In this document: in pieces, positions 51,064 through 59,900 of the stretch
How the letters are laid out: every line of letters begins with the position of its first letter
Numbering within the stretch: the stretch's first letter is position 1
Source: Myxococcota bacterium
GTDB lineage: Bacteria; Myxococcota_A; Polyangia; Nannocystales; Nannocystaceae
NCBI GenBank assembly: GCA_039028615.1
Contig: JBCCHT010000001.1
Span: 608,001-672,000 of the forward strand
DNA length: 64,000 nt
Direction of reading: 5' to 3'
The notes under the pieces: model-generated
Told to the model about the DNA's origin: nothing
Database searches by the model: none
Seen by the model: the letters and a program-made list of their open reading frames with translations, nothing else
Translations under genes and position numbers: made by a program

Positions 51064-51915
51064 TCAGCGGCCCGTGGGCCTGTCGCCACCCGTACGCGAC
51101 TTCCGTGCCGCGCGGGCTCGGTCGAGCGCTCGCCGGTACTGCCGCCCCATCTGTTGGATCACGAAGCTGGACGGCAGCATCCGAAAGACCATCATCCCCA
51201 CGCGGTTGAGCACGCCGGGGATGCGCAGCGCTCGTCTACGAACCATGGCCTTCACCGCATCTTTGGCGCAGACCTCGGCGTTCATCAGCAACAGGTCGGA
51301 ATCGAAGGCCGCCTCGAGCCCCGCGTCGACGTTCATCTCGGTGCGAACACCCCCGGGGCAGAAGGTAGTGACCGCCACCCCGTGCGGCGCCAGCTCGTAC
51401 TGAAGGCTGCGCCCATAGCCGACGACGAAGGCCTTCGTGCCCGCGTACGCCCCCTGGTAGGGCACCGCCTGGAGCCCGGCCAGGCTCGAGACCAAGAGCA
51501 TCGACCCGTGGCGACGCGCCACGAAGTCGCGACCCAGCTCGGTCGAGAGGCGCACGAGGCTGGTCACATTGACCGCCAGCATGCGTTCGAAGTCGGCATG
51601 GGACAGCTCGAGGTGAGGACCGAAATGCGTGATCCCGGCGTTCAGGACCACGGCTTCCACTCCCAACTCTCGGGCCCGGGCCAGGACTCGCTCGACATCG
51701 GCCGGCTGGGCGAGGTCGGCCACCACGACATCGACGTGCGCTTCGTGGAGCTGTTCGAGTTCCTCGGCCAGGGCTCGCAGCCGGTCCTCCCGGCGAGCGA
51801 CGATGATGACGTTGGCCCGATAATCTCGGGCCAACACGCGGGCGATCTCGCGTCCGATACCGGAGGAAGCGCCCGTCACCAGCGCAGTCCGTCCTTCGAG
51901 ATCGACGCGACCCAT
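51064..51915 (-). CDS. SDR family oxidoreductase
   Basis: TGASSGIG, LNAG, VSS and YAGTK motifs. Confidence 0.92.
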   Translation of the reverse strand: MGRVDLEGRTALVTGASSGIGREIARVLARDYRANVIIVARREDRLRALAEELEQLHEAHVDVVVADLAQPADVERVLARARELGVEAVVLNAGITHFGPHLELSHADFERMLAVNVTSLVRLSTELGRDFVARRHGSMLLVSSLAGLQAVPYQGAYAGTKAFVVGYGRSLQYELAPHGVAVTTFCPGGVRTEMNVDAGLEAAFDSDLLLMNAEVCAKDAVKAMVRRRALRIPGVLNRVGMMVFRMLPSSFVIQQMGRQYRRALDRARAARKSRTGGDRPTGR

Positions 51916-51959
51916 GCTTCGATGTACGCAGACCCGCGGTCGCGGGTCAACCACACGGG

Positions 51960-52640
51960 TCACCCCGATGCCGTGGCGATCGTCGGTGCTCGAGCGCTCC
52001 GACCGAGGTAGGTCTGGTCCGACAAGTAGAAGCCCGCGAAGGCTTCTTCGAAGTCGCTGGCCACCGATTTGTCCGCGAGACCCGTACGAAGCATCGCCGC
52101 TTGCCACGCCTTCACCTTCGGGTACGCGGCGATAAAATCGTGCCCAGAACGGGCTTCGATGATCGAAGCCCGATGCAGCAGGGGCAGCCACGCGAGGTCG
52201 ACGTTCCCCATGATCTCGCCATTGAAGTACGGCCCCTCGCCCAGCGCCCGATCGGCCTTGGCAAACGCCTTCCCGAGCTTCCCCGAGCGCTCCTCCAGGG
52301 TCGGTGCATCCGCGCTGCGCTGCGCCGAACACTGCACGAGGTAGTGCTTCGAGGCCTGGTAGCTCCACGCCCGGTCCGCCGCGCGCTGCTCGGGCGTCCG
52401 CTCCACGAGCCGCGGGTAGACCTCGTCGAGATACTCCACGATCGCGTCCGACTCGAACAGAGCCTCGCCCCCCTCGGTGACGAGCACGGGTACTTGTCCG
52501 TTGGGAGACAAGTCGAGGAACCACTGCGGCTTGTCGCGCAGACTGATGAACTCGACGTGGTGGGGCACCCCTTTGGCCTCGAGCATCGCAGTCACGCGCT
52601 GGACGAAGGGGCAGATCTTGAAGCTGATGACTCTGAGCAT
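51960..52640 (-). CDS. Glutathione S-transferase family protein (Cys-type, CPF)
   Basis: ICPFVQR, KP.WF..LSP.GQVPVL and LFES.AI.EYLDE motifs. Confidence 0.92.
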   Translation of the reverse strand: MLRVISFKICPFVQRVTAMLEAKGVPHHVEFISLRDKPQWFLDLSPNGQVPVLVTEGGEALFESDAIVEYLDEVYPRLVERTPEQRAADRAWSYQASKHYLVQCSAQRSADAPTLEERSGKLGKAFAKADRALGEGPYFNGEIMGNVDLAWLPLLHRASIIEARSGHDFIAAYPKVKAWQAAMLRTGLADKSVASDFEEAFAGFYLSDQTYLGRSARAPTIATASG

Positions 52641-52830
52641 GGTGTTCGCGTTTCCGAGCTCCGTCGGCCGGCGAGGCGCGCGGGTCTCGTTCTCCTAGAC
52701 GGGACTCCCCGCGGAAGGACGCCGATTTTCTCCGACGATCGAAAACGACGATGCCGAGGTCCCCGGGCGACCGGAAAGGTCGATCGCCGTCCAGAGACCT
52801 CGGCATCCAGAGCCGACCGGGCGCGTGGGC

Positions 52831-53787
52831 TCAGCCGGTGCTGCCCATCCCCGTGTCGCCGGAGTCGCCAGCATCGCCCCCGCCCGGCTCGCCACCGAGG
52901 AAGGTCAGCTCATCGACATAGATGTCGAAGTTCGCGCCCGGCCCGGCCTGCCAGTGGATCTCGGTCAGCGCCCCCGAGTTGAAGCTCGCGGCGACGCCCC
53001 AGCCCTCCTGCGCCAGCTGCCCCCACATGATCTCGTGGTAGGTCCAGCTATCGGAGAGCGAGACGGAGGTACCGAAGTTGTCGTGGCACATACCGGCCGC
53101 GGGATCGCAGTCGCCTCCCAGGTCCGTGGGGACCGTGGCCAGCGTGGCGATGTGCATGCGGGCCGTGCCCGTGCCGCGAGCCCAGAACCCGATGCCGTCG
53201 AAGTTGCTGGCGTCGTAGGCACAGCTTCCGGTGAAGTCGTTGTTGAGGCTGACGGCCATGGCCGCGCCCCACTCGGTGAAGCCGCTGCCCCAGGTCCGCG
53301 CCGCGTAGGCCGTGCCTTCGGCTCCGCCCTCCGAGGGGATGAAGGGATCGCCGCCCTCTTGCGTGCCGCCGGCCGAGCCGTCGTTGTAGATGAACCAGAA
53401 GCCGCGACGGCCGTCCACCATGGGGATGGTGCCGTCGGGCTCCATCGCCTCCGCGTCGATCTCGAGACCGTCGATGAAGGGGTCGCTGCCCCCGACGGGC
53501 ACGTTCGCACAGGCGGCCGGCGGTTGAGGCGGGGGCCCGTCGTCGCTGTCCGGGTTGGGTGGCGTGGTGGTGTTGGGCGGCATCGTGGTGTTGGAGGTGT
53601 CGCCTTGACCCGAACCTCCGGTGCCCTGATCCGACGATCCGTCGTCGCCGTCCGTCGCGGGCGTGGGGTTGGAGTCGATGCCCCCGCCCCCTCCCGACAA
53701 CCCGACACCGCTGTCGCCTTCCTCCCCCGGGCAACCCAAGAGCAGGAGGCTCGCTCCCAGTACTGCGCTCAGTTTCGACAATGACAT
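52831..53787 (-). CDS. Carbohydrate-binding lipoprotein (CBM11-like), paralogue 3
   Basis: Lipobox LLGC; GRRGFWFIYND, GFTEWGA, YDASNFDGIGFWARG, QEGWG and IYVDELTF motifs. Confidence 0.75.
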   Translation of the reverse strand: MSLSKLSAVLGASLLLLGCPGEEGDSGVGLSGGGGGIDSNPTPATDGDDGSSDQGTGGSGQGDTSNTTMPPNTTTPPNPDSDDGPPPQPPAACANVPVGGSDPFIDGLEIDAEAMEPDGTIPMVDGRRGFWFIYNDGSAGGTQEGGDPFIPSEGGAEGTAYAARTWGSGFTEWGAAMAVSLNNDFTGSCAYDASNFDGIGFWARGTGTARMHIATLATVPTDLGGDCDPAAGMCHDNFGTSVSLSDSWTYHEIMWGQLAQEGWGVAASFNSGALTEIHWQAGPGANFDIYVDELTFLGGEPGGGDAGDSGDTGMGSTG

Positions 53788-53801
53788 TGTTCTCCGCTCG
53801 T

Positions 53802-56645
53802 TCATGGACTCATCAACTCCTGAGGCCAGACCACCTCGCGGACGGGACCCAACTGGGCTCCGCCGTGGTTCTTGGCCTCGTAAAGGGCTTCGTCGGCCGC
53901 CCCAACCAATCGCTCGGCGATCGTCTTGAGGAGGTCCGGCGTAATCGGTTCGACACTCGGATTCGAAGAGGCGGGGCGCAGCAAGGCGGCCGCACCCACG
54001 CTGCAGCGCAGGGGCCCCTCGACGCCTTCGATCACCTCGCGGCGTGCGTGCCCGAGGATTCGCCGGGCCACACTTCGCGCGCCTTCGTGGTCGCTGTCGG
54101 GCAGGATCAACGCAAACTCGTCCCCGCCGTAGCGGGCGATCACGTCGTGGTCTCGGGTTGCTCGCCGCAGGACTCGACCCACCGCCACCAGGGCCCGGTC
54201 TCCCGCCAGGTGCCCCCCCGAGTCGTTGATCCGCTTCATGTCGTCCATGTCCACCATCAGCACACCCACCGGGCGTCGACTGGCGAACGCGGCCTCGATC
54301 TCGCGGGGCAACCACTCGTCGAAGAAGCGCCGGGCATGGACCTCGGTGAGCGGGTCCTGGGCGGCCATTTGGTAGAGCCGCGCGTTGTGGATCGCCGCGG
54401 TGGCCTGGTTGGCGAAGGTCCCGAGCAGTTCCAGGTCGTGCCACGAGACCCCGCTGCGCTCCACGTAGACCACCCCCGCCGCTTGCTTGCCCGCGACCAG
54501 GGGCACGGCCACGCCTTCTTCCATGCGACCGGTACGGCCCGCCGCGAACGCGTCGCGGATCGAGTCGAGCACGGACGCGGGCAGGGTCTCGATCGCGGTC
54601 CGGTCCTCGAATCGACCCGAGCGCGCGAGCACGGCCAGCGGTGGCGTGCCCTTCGTGCCCGCAATGGTGGGTATCTCGATGGAGGGCGCCCGATCGCCGC
54701 CGGGCGTCAGGGCGATGAATGCATGCTCGCTGCCGAGCAAGTTGGAAAGCTGCCCCAGGATGTCCCCGTACAGCTCGCTCAGCGGCCGACAGCGGACCGA
54801 CATCTGGCCGAGCGAGGCCATGGACTCGGACACCAGCATGCGCCGCTGGCCCTCTTGCAGCGCCTTGTAGGCCCGCTCGAGCTGCTCGTTGCGCTCCTCG
54901 AGGTCGCGCAGTAGCTGCTCCCGCTCGCGGTTCTTGTCGAGCACCTCCTGGACCAGCAGCGCCCCTTTGAGCGCGGCGCTGATCTGGTCGCGGAGCGCCT
55001 CGTAGATGACCCCCTCGCGCGGGCCGAACTCGAACATCGCCAGGCCCAGCTGCTCATCGCCGAAAAACAGGTTCTGCACCACGAAGCAGCGCGGCTGTAC
55101 GCCCAAGACTCCGGGCGGGGCGAGTTTTTTCGTTTCGAAGCGCGGCCGCCCCTGCACCCGCAGCGAAGGTCGCTTGGCATCGAGCGCGAGCACCATCTCC
55201 GCCTGCGCCGGGCCGTCGACGTACAGTGACAGGTAGCAGCTACGAATGCCCAAGCGGGGGAACTGCTCCGCCACTGCCTCGACCAGCGAGACCACGTCGA
55301 AGGTGTTGATGAGGGCGGCGATGGTCTGACCCAGGCTCCGCGCCCAGGCCTGGACCTGGAGTCGCTGGTGGGCCTGGGCGTGCTCGACGAGTTCCGCGAT
55401 GGCGATCCGGGCCTCCTCGCAGAGGTCTTCGACCCGCAAGCGATCGCTCTGGGCAGCACCGATGCACGACAGCGTCTCGCGGCGCAGGATCGAGATCACG
55501 TCCTGGAGACTCGAACCGTCCGTCCGCACACGCAGGGCATGGGACACGACCTCGCGTACGGTCCGGGTGAACTGGCCGCGGTGGCCTCCGCCGAGCTCAC
55601 TGGTCAGCGAGTCGAGCAATCGCGGCGCCCAGCCGTCGCCCGCGCTGCGCATCGGCGTGACCAGAGCGTGCTGCATTTCCTCGAGCGCCGCATCGCGACG
55701 GGCAGCCAGAGCCTCCGCAAAGCCCGTGTCCGAGGCCTTGCGACCGAGGTTCGCATTGCCGTTGTTGCCGTGACGCAGGCCCGACGAGCGGCGCTTGACC
55801 AGCTCGGTCGCCAACACGACCCGCCCCGAGGTCCGGTCGCCTCTCAGGCTGGCCAACAGCGACAGCGCGGCCCGCTTGCCCTGCTCGTAGAGCGGCTGCC
55901 GGACGGTGGTCAGCGGGATCTCGCAGAAGCGCGACTCCTCGATGTCGTTGAAGCCGACGACCGCAATCTCCTCCGGCACCGCAATCCCCCGCGCGAGCAA
56001 GGCGTCGAGCACCCCGATGGCCATGAGATCGTCGGCCACCGCGATCGCATCCGGCTTGGCTCCGCCATCGAGGAGCTCGGCCACCGCCGCGGCCCCTGAA
56101 GCCCGCGTGAAGTCCCCGCGCACCACCAGGGTGGGATCGATGGCCAGCCCCAGCCGCCCTACCGCGTCGAGATACGCCCGGTAGCGACGCTCGGCCTCCG
56201 CATTCACCACCGGGCCGCGCACGAACGCCACCCGACGCCGGCCGCAGTCGTGCACGAGGTGCCGCATCGCCTCCCGCATGCCGCCCTCGTTGTCGACCAG
56301 CACGTTGAACGCATCCGGGAGCTCGACCGCGACGCTGCAGATCGGCATCGGCCGGTAGCGCTCGAGGAACTCCCCCAGGGCCTTGGTCCCGACCGCGTTG
56401 GCGAGCGCCCCCGTCATCACGATCAGCCCATCGACGCTGTCCGGGCCCACCAGATCGAGCAGGACGTTGCGCCCCGACGAGGCCGGCAACGGCGATCGCA
56501 GCACCCCGGCCGCGAAGCAGCGCAGGCCTGCGCCCTGCTCTCGTGCGGCCGCGGCCGCGCCCCGCAGGACCGAGCTCTGGTACGTCGCATCCAAGGCGTC
56601 GGTCACCAGGCCGAGCACGTGGTGCTGTCTCGAAACGCCAGACAT
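53802..56645 (-). CDS. Diguanylate cyclase with N-terminal LacI-type sugar-binding domain and GAF-like domain
   Basis: VLVDNEGGM, AFVRGP...EA.RR, VPEEIAVVGFND and PLTTVRQP (LacI sensor, no HTH); QDPLT, D.DDMK.IND..GH..GD, RDHD and RYGGDEF. Confidence 0.9.
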   Translation of the reverse strand: MSGVSRQHHVLGLVTDALDATYQSSVLRGAAAAAREQGAGLRCFAAGVLRSPLPASSGRNVLLDLVGPDSVDGLIVMTGALANAVGTKALGEFLERYRPMPICSVAVELPDAFNVLVDNEGGMREAMRHLVHDCGRRRVAFVRGPVVNAEAERRYRAYLDAVGRLGLAIDPTLVVRGDFTRASGAAAVAELLDGGAKPDAIAVADDLMAIGVLDALLARGIAVPEEIAVVGFNDIEESRFCEIPLTTVRQPLYEQGKRAALSLLASLRGDRTSGRVVLATELVKRRSSGLRHGNNGNANLGRKASDTGFAEALAARRDAALEEMQHALVTPMRSAGDGWAPRLLDSLTSELGGGHRGQFTRTVREVVSHALRVRTDGSSLQDVISILRRETLSCIGAAQSDRLRVEDLCEEARIAIAELVEHAQAHQRLQVQAWARSLGQTIAALINTFDVVSLVEAVAEQFPRLGIRSCYLSLYVDGPAQAEMVLALDAKRPSLRVQGRPRFETKKLAPPGVLGVQPRCFVVQNLFFGDEQLGLAMFEFGPREGVIYEALRDQISAALKGALLVQEVLDKNREREQLLRDLEERNEQLERAYKALQEGQRRMLVSESMASLGQMSVRCRPLSELYGDILGQLSNLLGSEHAFIALTPGGDRAPSIEIPTIAGTKGTPPLAVLARSGRFEDRTAIETLPASVLDSIRDAFAAGRTGRMEEGVAVPLVAGKQAAGVVYVERSGVSWHDLELLGTFANQATAAIHNARLYQMAAQDPLTEVHARRFFDEWLPREIEAAFASRRPVGVLMVDMDDMKRINDSGGHLAGDRALVAVGRVLRRATRDHDVIARYGGDEFALILPDSDHEGARSVARRILGHARREVIEGVEGPLRCSVGAAALLRPASSNPSVEPITPDLLKTIAERLVGAADEALYEAKNHGGAQLGPVREVVWPQELMSP

Positions 56646-56699
56646 CGAAAACCGCCGCGGGCCGGGGTCCGAAGGGACGAGCCCGGCCCCCGACTCCGT

Positions 56700-56715
56700 T
56701 GCAATAAACCGACCA
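56700..56715 (-). promoter_or_regulatory. Sigma-54 promoter candidate
   Basis: Minus strand TGGTCGGTTTATTGCA has GG and TTGCA at exact spacing. Confidence 0.45.
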
Positions 56716-56913
56716 GATGGCGTGCCAGCGGCAGTACGAAGCAATCGCCCGTGGTAGCGGTCCGATGCGCTCATCCCGAGCCGGGTCAAACGATTCCGTG
56801 CGGACCGAAGCGATCACCAATGCGGGCCTAAACGAACGTAGCGGCCCGCAATGGTATGGGAACGACGAGATCCGCCGGTACGCCCACACCCGGAATTCGC
56901 GGCGTGATTTGGC

Positions 56914-59900
56914 ATGATGACGGTCGTGACCTCCACGCCGAGGGTGCATCGCAGCCCACGAATCCTGCTGCACATGTCCGACCCCCAGTTCGGACGGCAC
57001 CACCGCCCCGCGACCGGGGGCACGGCGGCCGATCGCGATCACGACACGCTGTGTGCGCGGCTTCTGCAGGACCTCGCCGGGCTCGAGCACGAGGGGCAAC
57101 GAGTGCAGCCCGAGCTGGTGGTGGTGACCGGGGATCTCAGCGAGCAGGCGCGGCCCTCGGAGTTCGCCGCCTTCGAGACCTTCGCGCAGGGCTTGCTCGA
57201 GGGCCTGAGCCTGCCGCGCGAACGCCTGATCGTCGTGCCGGGCAATCACGACGTGAGCTGGGCGGGTTGCGAGGCGCACTTCAAGCAGTGCGAAGCCGAA
57301 GAGCTCGAGCCACAGGCGCCCTACTGGCCCAAGTGGCGGGGCTACACCGACCTGTTCTCGCGCCTGTACGGCGGGCCGCAGGCGCGGTTCGAGTTCAACG
57401 AAGGGCGGCCGTACTCGCTGTTCGTGTACGAGTCGCTGCGGACCGTCGTGGCGGGCCTCAACTCGACCATGCTCGAGACCCATCGGGATGGCGATCACTT
57501 CGGCTACGTCGGCGAGGACCAGCTGCGCTGGTTCTCCGAGCAGCTGCGACCCTTCATGCAGCAGGGGTGGCTGCGGATCGCGGCCGTGCACCACAACGTG
57601 CAGCGCAACTCGGTCGACGACGACGAGAACCTGCGCGACGAGCCGATGTTCAAGCAGCTCCTCGGCGAGCAAGTGAACCTGGTCCTGCACGGCCACACCC
57701 ACGACGGCACCATGGGATGGCTCGACGCTCGGGTGCCCATCCTCAGCACGGGGAGCGCCGCGGTCGAGGCCGTAGCGCGCCCGCATGGCGTGCCGTGCCA
57801 GTACCAGGTGCTGCGCATCGAGGAAGACCGCGTGCGTCGCTGGACGCGGGCGTACAACGCAGCGCATCACCGCTGGCAGGCCGACGTGGCTGCATCCGCG
57901 AGCGGCAACGAATGGGTCCACGACCATGCAGTGGCCTTCGTGGACCTGCACGGGGTGTTTCCCCCGCAGAGCGCCGAAGACGAGGTCGAGGAACCACTGC
58001 GGCTCGATCCGAGACGCGCAGCTGGGGTCCGGAGCCACGGCAGCGGGGACGACTATCTCGAGCAGCTGGCGAAGATCTGCCGATTGCAACGCGGGCACGG
58101 CGAGGTCGCGCGTCGCCACAAGGGACCGCCGTTCATCGAGTACCTCGAGGTGCGCCGCCAGCATGGCGAACACGTGGAGCTGGTGCCGATCACCGGTCGA
58201 GCCTCGGGGGTCGACGAGCAAGCGCTCGATGACTTCGCGCAACGCATCGTGCCCGCCTATCGCTCCCGTGACCCCGGCGTGCGGCCGATCTTCGTCTACG
58301 GAGGGCCACCCACGTCCGAATCGCTGGTCGAGCGCGCACGTGCGGCCGGGGTCTGGCTGCGCTCGTACGAGCAGTATTGCGGTTTGATCGACTTTCGGCG
58401 CTACCGAGCCGCGCTCGCGCAGCGGCTGGGACGCGACCAGAACTACCCCTCGGACAAGTACGTCGGGCAGCGAATGGTCGAGCACATCGGCATCGAACAA
58501 AAGCGGCACGAAGACGCGCTGGCCAGCGTGCGCCGCTGGCTCGACGACGAGCGCGGTCGCTTCGTGTTGGTGCTGGGGACCTTCGGGACCGGCAAGACCT
58601 TCCTGCTCCGCGAGCTGGCGCGACGCCTCGCCGCCGAAGACGGGGCCGTAGTGCCGATCTTGGTCGAGATGCGGAGCCTCGAAAAAGGCTTACGACTCGA
58701 GCAGCTGTTGGCCCAGCACTTTGCCCTGCACGACGTCGAGGACTACAGCCCCGCCCGATTCATGCGCATGCTCGAGGACGGCCGGGTGGTGCTGCTCTTC
58801 GACGGCTTCGACGAGCTGGTGGTGCGCTCGACCTACGCGCGAGCGGCCGAGCACTTCGAGACGATCGTGTCCGCCGCACGAGGACGGGCCAAGGTCGTGG
58901 TGACCAGCCGACGACAGCACTTCTTGTCGGATCACCAGGCCAAGGAGGCCGTGCGACAGATGCTGATGCAGAAGGTCGAACTCGTGCCCGGGCATCGAGT
59001 GGTGACCTTGCTGCCCTTCGAGGACGACCAGATTCAGCGATTCTTGGCGTGGCACCTGGGCGACGAAGCGGCGGCGCAGGAGCGGATGAAGCTCATCGCG
59101 GAGGTGCGGGACCTGTCGGGGTTGAGCACCAACCCTCGCATGCTCGGGTTCATCGCGGCGCTGACCGAGACCGAGCTGCGAGCGGCGCGAGACCAGCAAG
59201 GATCGGTGAGTGCGGCGCGGCTGTACGAGTCGCTGCTCACGCGGTGGTTGGCGTTCGAGCATGACCGTCGGCACCCGCGAGGCGCGGCGCCGGGGCTCTC
59301 GGTGGATACGCGATGGGACGCCGTGACCGAGCTGGCCGAGCGGATGTGGACGCAGGGTGAGCATCAAGTCGGCGTGGCCGAGCTCGAGCAGCTGGGGGAG
59401 GTGCTGACCGAGCTGGCGAAAGGGAGCCGGCAAGAAGCTGGGTTTCAGATCGGCTCGGGCACGTTGTTGGTGCGTGACGAGGAGGGGCGCTTTTCGTTCA
59501 TTCACGAGTCCGTGATGGAGTGGTTGGTGGCGCGGGCGGCAGCGGAGGCGCTGGCCGACGATGAAGCGCCGCCGCTGCTCGGGCGCGGGAAGATGTCGCA
59601 ATTGCTGGCCGATTTTTTGATCGATCTGGCGGGCGCGAAGACGGTCGAGGCGTGGTCGGATCGGGCGCTGGCAGCCAATATGGGCACGGCGACGGCCGAC
59701 AATGCGCTGCTCGTGCGACGGCGGCTGGAGGTCGCGGGATTGATCGCGCCCCAGGCGGTTGCGGGCGAGGTGGACCTGCGAAGGCTCGAGCTCGAGGGGC
59801 GAGACCTGTCGGGGCAGCGACTGGCGCGGGCGAAGCTGACGGGTGCCGATCTGCGCGGGGCAAACTTGCGGCGGACGGTGCTGACGGGGGCGTTGCTCGA

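Noticed and set aside
51916..52806. Apparent long N-terminal extension or fusion of the SDR ORF over the GST gene
   Set aside because: The extension is an out-of-frame read through GST; the SDR begins at 51915 just before TGASSGIG.
53810..53837. TCATC-N18-ACCTC near the end of the cyclase gene
   Set aside because: Spacing is 18 rather than 17, and it points antisense into a coding region.
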